Origin: an uncultured Alphaproteobacteria bacterium | GTDB taxonomy: Bacteria > Pseudomonadota > Alphaproteobacteria > Rs-D84 | NCBI GenBank assembly: GCA_947053455.1 | Contig: CAMRSV010000001.1 | Coordinates: 1 to 64,000, forward strand | DNA length: 64,000 nt | Direction: 5' to 3' | Shown here: piece after piece, positions 19,227 to 29,745 of the stretch | Numbering within the stretch: position 1 is the stretch's first letter | Layout of the letters: every line of letters starts with the position of its first letter | Program-made: the position numbers and the translations under genes | The notes under the pieces: model-generated | What the model was told of the DNA's origin: nothing | The model's database searches: none | The model's input: the letters and a program-made list of their open reading frames with translations, nothing else

Positions 19227-20171
19227 ATGCAAAAAAATGCAAACACAACAAATAAAACAGCAAAACTTTCCACATGGCTGTTTAAGACACCAATGAAATT
19301 TGCCATATCGTCGACCCTGTTGTCTTTGGTGGGCATATTTATTTATATGCTTATCGCGAAGCCATTGACAATCACATGGCCGATTTTTGCAATATTCGGC
19401 GCGTTTACCGCAATATGCGCGGTGTGGATGCTGCGACATACACCGGCGGTACAATTAAACCATCGTGAATTCGTCGCGATTGATTTAGGAATAAGTATTA
19501 TTTTAATTATTATGCCCGTCGTCCTGCTTTTCGCGGTATATTTTATAGTTATTCCAATGATTAGCCCAGTGCCAGCACATCAGTCGATTATCTCTTTTTT
19601 CATAGTGGCCTTTTTTGCCTGTATTATATCAATGTATCAAATCGGCCTGTCGATTATAAATCTACAACCCGTGTATAACAGAACACGAACACTTGGCGTA
19701 CCGAAATGGAAGGCTATTTTATCCCTGCCGTTTTCATTACTGACAATTCCGTGTTATATGTTCGGCGATAAAAAGAACACACCACAATCTGTTAAAATCG
19801 GCACCGCATGGTATGAACGCTTTATCAATCGGGTTATATCACGCGACATGTATATATGGGCTGCAATTATAATAACCACAATCTGTGCCATTATACTCGC
19901 CCCGATGGCGTCAATAATAATATTGCCGATGCTGGTATCATATATACTTATTTATCTGATTTGGGAAAAAACAACCGGGCGCGAAAAAATGCGTAAAAAT
20001 ATCGGCGGTGCATTTGCCACAACTGCGGTTATTTTGAATATATTATTTATTGCAATGTATATAATTTGGATTGCCACCAATATAAATACACGCCATAAAA
20101 TAGCCCAAGAAATATCGGCCCAATACGCCGAAACAATAACCATAACAGACACACAAAATTCTGCACAGTAA
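19227..20171 (+). CDS. Polytopic membrane hypothetical protein
   Basis: About 7-8 hydrophobic segments. Confidence 0.75.
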   Translation: MQKNANTTNKTAKLSTWLFKTPMKFAISSTLLSLVGIFIYMLIAKPLTITWPIFAIFGAFTAICAVWMLRHTPAVQLNHREFVAIDLGISIILIIMPVVLLFAVYFIVIPMISPVPAHQSIISFFIVAFFACIISMYQIGLSIINLQPVYNRTRTLGVPKWKAILSLPFSLLTIPCYMFGDKKNTPQSVKIGTAWYERFINRVISRDMYIWAAIIITTICAIILAPMASIIILPMLVSYILIYLIWEKTTGREKMRKNIGGAFATTAVILNILFIAMYIIWIATNINTRHKIAQEISAQYAETITITDTQNSAQ

Positions 20172-20191
20172 AAAACGCGCTATGTGCATGA
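20169..20191 (+). repeat. 23-nt exact repeat, copy 1 (copy 2 at 32020-32042)
   Basis: TAAAAAACGCGCTATGTGCATGA at both positions. Confidence 0.85.
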
Positions 20192-20213
20192 ATACAAGGC
20201 ATAGGAGAATTTT

Positions 20214-21260
20214 ATGAATGGAATAATATTATTTGCCGCAGCGGTTGTTTTTCTATGGATGGGACGCTCAATTTTAATTCCTTTGCTGGTTGCGGTTTTT
20301 ATGTGGTACCTAATAAACGCAATCGCCGCATATTGTCGCAAACTGTTTCCATACAGTAATCAAAATTCCAGAAAGGATAACATGATTGCAGCACGCGCAT
20401 TTGATTGGACGTCAAACATTGTTGCAGCTGTGATTTTATTTGGTGTTATATACCTGTTCGTGACCCAGGTTCGCCCGATGTTTTCAGAACTAATCGCGTC
20501 ATTACCGGGACTGCAACATAAATTAATCGATTTGGGTGATTACCTGTCCGCATCGGTTGGATTAAAATTTGATGAAAACATTCTGCCAAACATAACCAAG
20601 ATTGCAAAAAATGTCGGCACGTCGGTTGCATCAATTGCAACGTCGGTGGGAATGATTGTTGTTTATATGTTATTCATGTTTGTCGAACAAAGCACGTTTA
20701 ACAGAAAATTCGCAGCACTGTTCCCAAACAAAAACAAATACAAAAAAATGCGCTACATCGCTGAAAGCATTGATACAAACATGAAAAAATACCTGTTTAT
20801 GAAAACAATGATATCCGGCATAACGGGCATATTGTCGTATATATGGTTGCATATGATTGGTGTTGAATTTGCCGGTGTCTGGGCATTCATTGTTTTTGTC
20901 ACCAGCTATATTCCAACCATCGGTGCAATCGTGGCATGCAGCCTGCCGGTACTTTATTCAATGGCCACAACCGGCGGCCTGCAACAACCGTTACTAACGG
21001 CAATTGGACTTATTGGGCTGCAGATATTGTTTGGCAATATAATTGAACCGAAACTGACCGGCTCTACATTGAATTTATCCACATTGGCAATATTGATAAA
21101 CCTGGTGTTCTGGGGAATGATATGGGGAATCGCCGGCATGTTTTTCAGCGTCCCGCTGCTGGTTGCAACATATATTATCACAGCGCAATTTGATTCAACG
21201 CGCTGGATTGCGGTTTTGTTATCGGCGGACGGCCAAATACCCGACAAACGTGACGAATAA
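20214..21260 (+). CDS. AI-2E family (PerM/TqsA-like) transporter
   Basis: ILIPLLVA, YIPTIGA, GNIIEPKL.G.TLNLS, FWGMIWGIAGMFFSVPL. Confidence 0.92.
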   Translation: MNGIILFAAAVVFLWMGRSILIPLLVAVFMWYLINAIAAYCRKLFPYSNQNSRKDNMIAARAFDWTSNIVAAVILFGVIYLFVTQVRPMFSELIASLPGLQHKLIDLGDYLSASVGLKFDENILPNITKIAKNVGTSVASIATSVGMIVVYMLFMFVEQSTFNRKFAALFPNKNKYKKMRYIAESIDTNMKKYLFMKTMISGITGILSYIWLHMIGVEFAGVWAFIVFVTSYIPTIGAIVACSLPVLYSMATTGGLQQPLLTAIGLIGLQILFGNIIEPKLTGSTLNLSTLAILINLVFWGMIWGIAGMFFSVPLLVATYIITAQFDSTRWIAVLLSADGQIPDKRDE

Positions 21261-21273
21261 TATACTTATGCGG

Positions 21274-21726
21274 TTATTTCAGCCGTGATATCACGGCAAT
21301 TGCATTTTCCAATATTACGCGCGCCGCCTCGGAATCGAGGCGCGCTTTTATATCCGCAACCCTAACACGCCCCATTTGTTCCTGGGCGGCATGGCTGGTC
21401 AAATTTTCTTCGATAAATGCAATTGGTAAATCAGTCAATGCAGATAAATCTGCCGCGAAATTACGAACATCTGTTGCCGTCTGCGACGGCGTACCATCCG
21501 CATGCACCGGCAACCCAATAATAATTCCCGAAACTTGTTCCGCAACGGCGATTTCGGCAACTTTTTGGGCAATCGCCCCACCCGCGCCGCGCACCGCAAT
21601 TGCATCACGCACAAAAACAAATTCACGCGATGCGTCAGACACCGCAACACCTGTTCGGCGGGCGCCCCAATCAATGCCCAGAATACGTCCCACGCGCGGA
21701 AAAGCCTTGAAATCTGCCAAAATCAT
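21274..21726 (-). CDS. ruvX: YqgF/RuvX family nuclease
   Basis: ILGIDWGARRTGVAVSD, IIGLP, EENLTS, DSEAA.VIL. Confidence 0.93.
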   Translation of the reverse strand: MILADFKAFPRVGRILGIDWGARRTGVAVSDASREFVFVRDAIAVRGAGGAIAQKVAEIAVAEQVSGIIIGLPVHADGTPSQTATDVRNFAADLSALTDLPIAFIEENLTSHAAQEQMGRVRVADIKARLDSEAARVILENAIAVISRLK

Positions 21727-21763
21727 TGTATAATTTCCTTTGCATTAAATAATAGGATTCAAA

Positions 21764-22057
21764 ATGGCATTTAGCAAGCAGCAATTACGTAAATTCGCAG
21801 ATTTGATTCGCATTGAAATTCCGGATGAAAAACTGGAACAGATGAACATTGATTCCGTGGTTGATTGGCTGGACAAACTGCAGAAAATTGATACAACAGG
21901 TGTCAAACCAATGCTAAATCCGGCTGAACACGCCCTGCCGCGGCGTGGCGACACGGTGACCGACGGCAACATTCGTGATGCCGTTTTGGCAAACGCACCC
22001 GATAAATCCGGCGTATCACGGGGATATTTTGCCGTACCCAAGGTTATGGATGAATAA
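21764..22057 (+). CDS. gatC: Asp/Glu-tRNA amidotransferase subunit C
   Basis: A.L.RI..., L.KIDTTGVKPM, VLANAP...YFAVPKV. Confidence 0.93.
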   Translation: MAFSKQQLRKFADLIRIEIPDEKLEQMNIDSVVDWLDKLQKIDTTGVKPMLNPAEHALPRRGDTVTDGNIRDAVLANAPDKSGVSRGYFAVPKVMDE

Positions 22058-22070
22058 AATGGGGAATAAT

Positions 22071-22514
22071 ATGACAAGCTTAAATAATAAAGCCACAGTA
22101 TCGTTCGTTAAATACGAGCCCTATGAGAATGTACCGACAATTATTGCGACATTGGCTGAATTGCCGCTTGAAAAAATTCTGGAGTTGCATAAAAAATTAG
22201 CAACACAAAATATCAAAGAAAGTTCCTGCCTGGACCAAATTTACGCAGAATTTAAGACTTATTTATCTAGCAATAAACTGGGGACGAATAATTTTAGCGG
22301 ATATGATTTATCCAAAATGTTCTATATGCATGAAAAGTATTTACCACCGTGCGCAGGACATAAAAAACCGAAAACAGAAGAACAGATGATACGTATGTGC
22401 GCGCGAAATTTACGTCATGGACGGTGCCGTGATAAATTTATGCAAAATACGCTGGGGGTTGCCCTATTCCCGCAAAAGTACGCTATCCAAAAAGAAAACG
22501 AAAAATCCAAATAA
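22071..22514 (+). CDS. Hypothetical protein inserted between gatC and gatA
   Basis: GGGGA RBS before ATG 22071; C-terminal PPC...MCARNL..GRCRDKFM..LG..LFP..Y. Confidence 0.7.
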   Translation: MTSLNNKATVSFVKYEPYENVPTIIATLAELPLEKILELHKKLATQNIKESSCLDQIYAEFKTYLSSNKLGTNNFSGYDLSKMFYMHEKYLPPCAGHKKPKTEEQMIRMCARNLRHGRCRDKFMQNTLGVALFPQKYAIQKENEKSK

Positions 22515-22520
22515 AATAAA

Positions 22521-23996
22521 GTGACCGAAATGATAGACCTGACGATTACAGAAGCATTAAAGAAACTAAAATCGCGCGAAATCAGCGCCACAGAACTGGC
22601 GCGCGCGCATTTGGACAGAATTGAAAAATACGGCGAACAATTAAATTGCTATATAACGGTGACGCCGGAACGCGCAATTTCCGATGCAGCGGCCAGTGAT
22701 GCGCGCTATGCGGCGGGTGACGCGCTGGCTCTTGATGGTATTCCAATCGGAATGAAGGATTTATTTGCAACACGCGGCATACGAACAACGGCCGCATCAA
22801 AAATGTTGGAAAATTTTATCCCTGAATATGAATCAACCGTATCCCAGAAATTTATCGACAGCGGTACCGTGTTACTTGGGAAAACGAACCTAGATGAATT
22901 TGCAATGGGAACATTTAGCAAAACCAGTTTCTTTGGTGCGCCGGTAAACCCATGGCAAATTGAACGCCGACTTACCGCGGGCGGCTCTTCTGGCGGCGCG
23001 ACCAGTGCGGTGGCATCTGGCCTTGCCATGGGTGGTACAGGAACGGATACCGGTGGTTCAATCCGTTTTCCGTCAGCTATAACAGGCCTGGTTGGGATGA
23101 AACCGACGTACGGGCTTTGCTCGCGCTGGGGATGCGTCGCGTTTGCGTCCAGTCTTGACACACCCGGGCCGATTGCGCGCACCGCGGATGATGCGGCGGC
23201 TCTGCTTGCTGCAATGGCGGGCTTTGACCCAAAGGATTCGACCAGCGTGAAAAACGGCTTTGACTTCAATGGTGAATTGCAACCAATTCTTGGGGATGGT
23301 AAATCGCTGCGCATAGGGCTGATTAAGGAATTGCAAGACGTCAAGATATCGGACGACATGCAGAAAATATTTAATGCGCGCATAGCAGACTTAAAATCAA
23401 TCGGTGCCGAAATAGTAGAGGTTTCAATCCCGAATATACTTGATGCACTTGCAGCATATTACATAATTGCCCCGGCCGAGGCATCATCGAATTTGGCAAG
23501 ATATGACGGAATGAAATACGGTCTGCGTGTTGATGGCGCGGATTTAATCGATACATATAAAAAAACGCGCGCCAGCGGTTTTGGCGACGAAGTAAAACGC
23601 CGTATGATTATCGGCACCGCGGTGTTAAGCAGTGAATCATACGACGTATATTTCATGCAGGCCGCACGCGTTCGTCGCATGATTGCGGACGCGTTCCGCA
23701 CCGCGTTCGACGGATGCGATTTGATTGTATGCCCGTCCAGTGCTGGCGCTGCAATGCCGCTTGACGCCGATTTGACGCCGCTGGAATATTATGCGTTGGA
23801 TTTGTTCACAGTTGCGATGAACCTGGCCGGGGTGCCTGCCTGCAGTGCGCCGGCCGGATTGACCGAAAACGGGCTGCCCCTGGGACTGCAGGTGGTGGGG
23901 CCGCGTTTCGCAGATATGCGTGTGTTGCAATTGGCCAAGCATATTCAGCAATTTTCGAACATTGATAATCGACCGACAAAGGTAATGGGAAAATAA
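22521..23996 (+). CDS. gatA: Asp/Glu-tRNA amidotransferase subunit A
   Basis: GKTNLDEFAMG, GGSSGG, GTDTGGSIR, AEASSNLARYDG, GFGDEVKRR. Confidence 0.97.
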   Translation: MTEMIDLTITEALKKLKSREISATELARAHLDRIEKYGEQLNCYITVTPERAISDAAASDARYAAGDALALDGIPIGMKDLFATRGIRTTAASKMLENFIPEYESTVSQKFIDSGTVLLGKTNLDEFAMGTFSKTSFFGAPVNPWQIERRLTAGGSSGGATSAVASGLAMGGTGTDTGGSIRFPSAITGLVGMKPTYGLCSRWGCVAFASSLDTPGPIARTADDAAALLAAMAGFDPKDSTSVKNGFDFNGELQPILGDGKSLRIGLIKELQDVKISDDMQKIFNARIADLKSIGAEIVEVSIPNILDALAAYYIIAPAEASSNLARYDGMKYGLRVDGADLIDTYKKTRASGFGDEVKRRMIIGTAVLSSESYDVYFMQAARVRRMIADAFRTAFDGCDLIVCPSSAGAAMPLDADLTPLEYYALDLFTVAMNLAGVPACSAPAGLTENGLPLGLQVVGPRFADMRVLQLAKHIQQFSNIDNRPTKVMGK

Positions 23997-24015
23997 TAAA
24001 TGGGTATAAAAAAAG

Positions 24016-24091
24016 TGGTGGCTAGGGACGGAATCGAACCGCCGACACAGGGATTTTCAGTCCCTTGCTCTACCAACTGAGCTACCTAGCC
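24016..24091 (-). tRNA. tRNA-Phe (GAA)
   Basis: GGCTAGGTAGCTCAGTTGGTAGAGC-AGGGA-CT-GAA-AA-TCCCT...GGTTCGATTCC...CCTAGCCACCA, 76 nt. Confidence 0.97.
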
Positions 24092-24144
24092 AACGCGAAA
24101 GCAATAATAAGATAAGATAAAACAAAAAGCAAGGAAAAAGAAAC

Positions 24145-25668
24145 ATGTACACGATAAAGGGAAAAACAGGCGACTGGGAATTGGTAATCGGGCTGGAAAC
24201 ACACATAGAAGTGCTGTCCAATTCTAAACTGTTTAGCGGGGCAAGCGCGGATTACAACCCGACCGTTTCCCCCAACACACAGGTTTCTATGGTCGATTGT
24301 GCAATGCCGGGAATGCTGCCGGTGTTGAATGAATATTGCGTGGAACAGGCGATAAAAATGGGTCTGGGGCTAAATGCGGAAATATCCCGCCACAGCAGTT
24401 TTGCACGCAAGCAATATTTCTATCCCGACCTGCCCCAGGGTTATCAGATTTCGCAGCCCGCGGACGAACCGCCCGTCGTCGGACGCGGTTGGGTTGAAAT
24501 AATGTCAGATGACGGCACACCCAAAAAGATTTTTATAGAACGCGCCCATCTGGAACAGGATGCCGGAAAATTAAAGCATGATATGCATCCGACAAAATCC
24601 TTTGCCGATTATAATAGAACCGGCGTCGCGCTGTTGGAAATCGTCACATGGCTGGATGTTAAAAACCCGGAAAAAAATTCATACATATCATCCCCAGACG
24701 AGGCGGAAAGATACCTGCGCGAAATTCGTGAAATTGCACGTGCGCTAGGCGTCAGCAAGGCAAACATGGAAGAAGGCTCCATGCGCGCGGATGTAAACGT
24801 ATCGGTTCGCCCCGCTGGTTCAAACGAATTCCGCACGCGCACCGAAACCAAGAACATGGTTTCATTTAAATTCATCAAGTCTGCAATTGAATACGAAGCG
24901 CGCCGTCAAATTGAAATTTACGAATCGGGCGCCACCGTCAGTCAGGACACCATGCGCTATAATCAGTCGGAAGGAACAACATCCGTAATGCGCAGCAAAG
25001 AAGACGCACTGGATTACCGTTATTTCCCAGACCCGGATTTGTTGCCATTGGATATTGACGAAGAAACAATTGAACTCATACGGCGCACCATGCCGGAATT
25101 GCCGGCAGCAACGCGCGCACGATACATTAATGATTTGGGACTGGCCGAATATGACGCGGCAAGACTTACGGAAAATACGGATATTTCAAAATGGTTCGAC
25201 GCAGCGGTTGGCGACAAAAAACAACGTGCAAAAGGGGTTGCAAACTGGATGATATCTGAACTGTTTGCGCACCCAGAAAATTGGGATGAAAAAAATGCTG
25301 TGGATGCACGTGAGCAAGGCATAGCGCGAATCATACGCCCGTCAGATTTGGCCGAATTGGTCGACATGATTTCAGAAAATGCTGTCAACGGAAAACAGGC
25401 CAAGGAAATATTTATAAAAATGTTAGACGGCGAAACCGGCACACCACGTGAAATCGCAGAAAAATTCGGCATGCAACAAATTACAGATACAGGCGCAATT
25501 GAAAAGGCAGTCGATGATGTAATAAGTGCCAATCCCGCCCAGGTAGAACAATACAAGTCCGGCAAGGTTGGCCTGCTTGGCTTCTTTGTGGGTGGTGTAA
25601 TGAAGGCAACGGGCGGCAAAGCGAACCCAGCTGTTGTTAATGAAATACTACGCACAAAACTTGGATAA
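24145..25668 (+). CDS. gatB: Asp/Glu-tRNA amidotransferase subunit B
   Basis: VIGLETH, PGMLPVLN, RKQYFYPDLPQGYQISQ, HLEQDAGK, DYRYFPDPDL, GKANP. Confidence 0.97.
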   Translation: MYTIKGKTGDWELVIGLETHIEVLSNSKLFSGASADYNPTVSPNTQVSMVDCAMPGMLPVLNEYCVEQAIKMGLGLNAEISRHSSFARKQYFYPDLPQGYQISQPADEPPVVGRGWVEIMSDDGTPKKIFIERAHLEQDAGKLKHDMHPTKSFADYNRTGVALLEIVTWLDVKNPEKNSYISSPDEAERYLREIREIARALGVSKANMEEGSMRADVNVSVRPAGSNEFRTRTETKNMVSFKFIKSAIEYEARRQIEIYESGATVSQDTMRYNQSEGTTSVMRSKEDALDYRYFPDPDLLPLDIDEETIELIRRTMPELPAATRARYINDLGLAEYDAARLTENTDISKWFDAAVGDKKQRAKGVANWMISELFAHPENWDEKNAVDAREQGIARIIRPSDLAELVDMISENAVNGKQAKEIFIKMLDGETGTPREIAEKFGMQQITDTGAIEKAVDDVISANPAQVEQYKSGKVGLLGFFVGGVMKATGGKANPAVVNEILRTKLG

Positions 25669-25686
25669 AAAAACAGAGAATAAAAA

Positions 25687-26997
25687 ATGAAAAAATTCTT
25701 TATCCAGACATTCGGCTGCCAAATGAATGTATATGATGGGCAGCGTATTGCAGCAATGCTTTTGCAGCGTGGGTATAGCGCAACTGAAAAAATTGCCGAT
25801 GCAGATATAATAATATTGAACACATGCGCCGTACGTGCCAAGGCCACAGACAAGGTTTTTTCTGCGCTCGGACGTGTTCGGCGCGCAAAGAAACCCGATG
25901 CCCTGTTTGGTATTGTTGGGTGCGTCGCCCGCGAAGCGGGCGAAAGCGCATTTAAGCGAATTCCGGATTTGAATTTTGTCCTGGGACCGCAGAGTTATCA
26001 CAAACTGCCTGATATTTTGGAAAACCCGGACACAAAATTGCTTAATATCGACTTGGGAGGCCTTGAAAAGTTCGATGAACTGCCGCGGCCGTCCACATCG
26101 CCTGCAGTGGCATATATCCCAATACAGGAAGGATGTGACCACTGTTGTACGTATTGCATTGTTCCATACACACGTGGCCGTGAAATATCACGCCCATTCG
26201 ACGACGTCATGCACGACGTGCGCCATGCATCCGAAACAGGTGCACTGGAAATATGTTTCTTGGGGCAAAATGTCAATGGATATAAATATGCCGACAGCAC
26301 CGGCAAAACATTTAGACTGTCCGATTTAATACGCGAAACGGCAAAAATTGATGCAATCAAACGCATTCGATTTACATCCAGTTACCCAACAGAAATGACC
26401 GATGACCTAATTGAAATGTTTCGTAATGAACACAAATTACTGCCTTTCCTCAACATGCCTATACAAAGCGGCGCCCAGAATGTATTGACAAGAATGAACC
26501 GGCCGTATTCACTAAATCTATATATAGATATAGTTAACAAATTAAAGGCGGCGCGCCCCGATATTCAAATATCTAGCGATTTTATAGTTGGGTTCCCCGG
26601 TGAAACAGACGAGGACTTTGAGCAAACAATTAAAATTGCCCAACAAATAAAATATATAAATTCTTATTCATTCAAATATTCGCCCCGCCCTCATACGGCA
26701 GCAGCTCTTATGCCAAACCAAATACCAGAAAGCATCAAAGCGGCGCGCCTATCGGAATTAGATGGCAAATTAAACGAAATACAACGCGAATTCAACGAAG
26801 CCTGCATAGGTAAAACGATGGCATGCCTATGTGAAGGAACGGACAAAACCGGAAAAAAACTGGTTTACCGCACCCCATACATGCAGCAGTGCATTGTTGA
26901 CGCCCCACAAAACGATAACGCGCCACAAATGGCCGATATTCGAATTACGGCTGCTAACAAAGCGTCCCTTCGCGGCGAGTTCTGCAATCAAATTTAA
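25687..26997 (+). CDS. miaB: tRNA methylthiotransferase MiaB
   Basis: TFGCQMN.YD, NTCAVR, GCVA, EGCDHCCTYCIVPYTRG, DFIVGFPGET, YSPRP.T.AA. Confidence 0.95.
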   Translation: MKKFFIQTFGCQMNVYDGQRIAAMLLQRGYSATEKIADADIIILNTCAVRAKATDKVFSALGRVRRAKKPDALFGIVGCVAREAGESAFKRIPDLNFVLGPQSYHKLPDILENPDTKLLNIDLGGLEKFDELPRPSTSPAVAYIPIQEGCDHCCTYCIVPYTRGREISRPFDDVMHDVRHASETGALEICFLGQNVNGYKYADSTGKTFRLSDLIRETAKIDAIKRIRFTSSYPTEMTDDLIEMFRNEHKLLPFLNMPIQSGAQNVLTRMNRPYSLNLYIDIVNKLKAARPDIQISSDFIVGFPGETDEDFEQTIKIAQQIKYINSYSFKYSPRPHTAAALMPNQIPESIKAARLSELDGKLNEIQREFNEACIGKTMACLCEGTDKTGKKLVYRTPYMQQCIVDAPQNDNAPQMADIRITAANKASLRGEFCNQI

Positions 26998-28547
26998 AAC
27001 TCAATTTTCATACCCAAAGAGACTTTATAAGAAAGACCCACAACCTCATCCCGGATAAACGACAGGGAAACTCCACCACCCATTTTATCAAATATGGATA
27101 AAAAGTTAACGGCAAACCCGACATCAAAATCAAGCGATGAATATGCGCTTGCATACAAATCATAATTGTAACGAATTCCGGCAGTTTCAAACCCATACGA
27201 CGCACCAATTCCTACACGCGTCGAAAAATCATTATCTACATCATGGGCAACAGTGGCTCTACTCGCCACTATCCCACCAAATGGTGAAACCTTCCAGTTT
27301 TCGCCTATACGGAAATCAGCACCCGCATCCAAGGACCCGTAAACATTGATACCATCAGGATTTGTTTCTGTTGTGCCACGCTTTCCCTTTACCGGCCCGA
27401 TATCAAATTCGCCCTTTGATAAACCGAACAAGCCACGGACAAAGTATTTGTTATCCATATTATACCTTGTGCGCAAATTGGCGCCATATGTCATAAAACT
27501 GTATTCATTGATACTGTCGCGGTATTCACCGATACCTGCATATGCCGCCACACCAATCAACAGATTTTCAGACACCTCGCCACCCAAACCACCGCGAATA
27601 CCGTATACATTAAAATCTGAATTAGTTATGAAAAATGGACCTGTTTGTGTTTCAAAATCATACCCGGTAAACAAAGTCGTCTCCAACCTATCCACCAAAC
27701 GCGGAACGGTCATTAACTTGACCGGATTTAGGCGTACAGATTTACTCATTATATCCCGAAGTGCAGACTTGTTCGGTGCACTATCCAACGCACGCAATAA
27801 CCTGTCATCCGCATTCGATGAACGCAGATTATTCAAAAACCTGCCCGTCTCATTGCGCAATATTTTCAGGTAATCCGTTTCCCGTTCCCATCTTACATAC
27901 AACTTGTCTTCAAACACATATGTCTTAAATCCCATCAGGTCTTCTGATATATCAGACACTATGTGTAACGCCCCACTTCCACTTACGTTTTCAAACAATG
28001 GCTCCGACGACACTTCGAAATTATCATCCACATACACCAGAACATCACCACGCAAATCCAGATTACTTATGAATGACAAATCTGACGTATCAAGAATTAT
28101 GGACGAATTACTAAATACCAAATCACCCTTGCCAAGATTTGCAATGTCGGTCATGGATACTTTGTTCGCATTATGTATCATCAGACCATCTATACGGTCT
28201 GTAAGTAGATTGCCGAATTCTTCGGGGCGTGAAATTACCTGAACCAACTTGGCACCATCATCAAAATTAAACGAGCCAGAAAATCTGCCATTGTTTTGGA
28301 AATAAAGTACACAACCCGAACAAATATTAACCGGTGCATTGATAACACCGGAATTATTCAACATAAGGGAAGAATTAATTCGTATTGTTGCGTTGATAAT
28401 TCTGGTATTAAGCCCAACGACAGAATGCTCATAGAGATCAACCGAACCACCAATAATACTTTGGTTGATAACTTTAACAGCATGAGCATAACTAGGTGCA
28501 AAAAGGACACCTACGCAAAGCAGCGAAGTAGTCAGCCTATTTCTCAT
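26994..28547 (-). CDS. Autotransporter-like outer-membrane protein
   Basis: Signal peptide ending AHA, Asn/Gly-rich passenger-like N-half, amphipathic beta-strand C-half ending ...GMKIEF. Confidence 0.7.
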   Translation of the reverse strand: MRNRLTTSLLCVGVLFAPSYAHAVKVINQSIIGGSVDLYEHSVVGLNTRIINATIRINSSLMLNNSGVINAPVNICSGCVLYFQNNGRFSGSFNFDDGAKLVQVISRPEEFGNLLTDRIDGLMIHNANKVSMTDIANLGKGDLVFSNSSIILDTSDLSFISNLDLRGDVLVYVDDNFEVSSEPLFENVSGSGALHIVSDISEDLMGFKTYVFEDKLYVRWERETDYLKILRNETGRFLNNLRSSNADDRLLRALDSAPNKSALRDIMSKSVRLNPVKLMTVPRLVDRLETTLFTGYDFETQTGPFFITNSDFNVYGIRGGLGGEVSENLLIGVAAYAGIGEYRDSINEYSFMTYGANLRTRYNMDNKYFVRGLFGLSKGEFDIGPVKGKRGTTETNPDGINVYGSLDAGADFRIGENWKVSPFGGIVASRATVAHDVDNDFSTRVGIGASYGFETAGIRYNYDLYASAYSSLDFDVGFAVNFLSIFDKMGGGVSLSFIRDEVVGLSYKVSLGMKIEF

Positions 28548-28678
28548 TCCCCCCATCCCCCAAAAACGGGTACGAGTAAAATAGCAAACGAGAAATAATT
28601 CTTAAAGAACTTTTTTATTAAAATTTCACCCCCTAAAAAGGAGGTGAAGGATGTGGTTATTTCTTGTTTATCGTTTTT

Positions 28679-29209
28679 TTAGAACATGCTCTGTTCCATT
28701 TTACCCCATGCGGCCTTGTAACCGCCGTCACGTTCCAGGTAGATTTTCGCATTATTCAACTGGTTAGCAGTCAAACCGCGGATGATGAAGGATTCTTCCA
28801 AGCGGCCTGCTCTGTTTATACGCAGTGTCGGCAAATCGATATTCATCGGGTTCTGGGCACAGCATGTGTTATCATTGCATGCACCGCATTGTTTGATTTT
28901 TACAGTATAATTGATGCCCGGGCGCAAATCTTTCAAATCAACAATCATTTTCAAACCGGAATCTGTTTCATCGAATTTGATTGTGCCCATTTTCGATTCG
29001 CCACCGTTGCTGCTGTGTGTGTACATTTTTGCAGTTACACGGTTTATATCAGCATTTTCATATGTTTGATAGAACACCACCACATCTGATGTCTGTTGCG
29101 GTTTTGGCTGCGGCTTTCTATGTTTGCAACCGGTTGTGCACCCGGACAGCAAAACGGCAACACCCAAAATGGATGATAACATGAACATTTTTTTGATTAA
29201 GTTTTTCAT
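28679..29209 (-). CDS. Lipoprotein with Cu/Zn-SOD-like fold lacking His ligands
   Basis: Lipobox LSGC; MGTIKFDETDSGLKMIVDLKDLRPG and DLPTL.IN..G match the SodC scaffold; no HGFH/H motifs. Confidence 0.6.
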   Translation of the reverse strand: MKNLIKKMFMLSSILGVAVLLSGCTTGCKHRKPQPKPQQTSDVVVFYQTYENADINRVTAKMYTHSSNGGESKMGTIKFDETDSGLKMIVDLKDLRPGINYTVKIKQCGACNDNTCCAQNPMNIDLPTLRINRAGRLEESFIIRGLTANQLNNAKIYLERDGGYKAAWGKMEQSMF

Positions 29210-29388
29210 AAAGGTCTCCTTTTTTCCTTTTGGTTACATACGCATTGTATATTATTTTTTTTCAATTTTCGTCAGGTTTGAATCCCTAGGAAAGCCAGCA
29301 AATCATGCACATAGCAAGAAATGAATTGCTTCCTATAACTATAAAAATCAATGCGTGCTAACTTCTTTATAAACCAAAGGAGAGAAAA

Positions 29389-29745
29389 ATGTACGAATTG
29401 CTACAACGCCTAGTGGCGTTCAAATACGCATGTAAAATAAACCACTGGAAAAGTGTGGCCTATGCACCACATTTGCTGTTTGACCGTCTGACCGAAGATA
29501 TCGACACATGGGTAGACACAGTGGCCGAATCGCATTTCATGGCGGCGGATGAAAAGAATGTTTTCAAACCCGACCTGTTAAACCCAAAAATGATAGATAA
29601 AAATTTGGTAAAATTATGCGAATCGATTATATCTCATCTTGAAGCATTACAAGACGACGATGAACTAAACGAAGGCGACAAATCTCTGCTGGGGGACATC
29701 GAGGCGGCATTCCTTGGGAAACTGGCACTGGCAAAACTTGCCTGA
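29389..29745 (+). CDS. Small ferritin-like / Dps-like protein
   Basis: K..HW...Y..HLLFD.L.E.I....D..AE resembles the Dps ferroxidase signature; GGAG RBS; terminator 29747-29779. Confidence 0.7.
   Translation: MYELLQRLVAFKYACKINHWKSVAYAPHLLFDRLTEDIDTWVDTVAESHFMAADEKNVFKPDLLNPKMIDKNLVKLCESIISHLEALQDDDELNEGDKSLLGDIEAAFLGKLALAKLA

Noticed and set aside
28548-28561. G5/G6 tracts at the autotransporter-like gene start as phase variation
   Set aside because: The tracts are short, and a second in-frame ATG follows them with G6 usable as RBS
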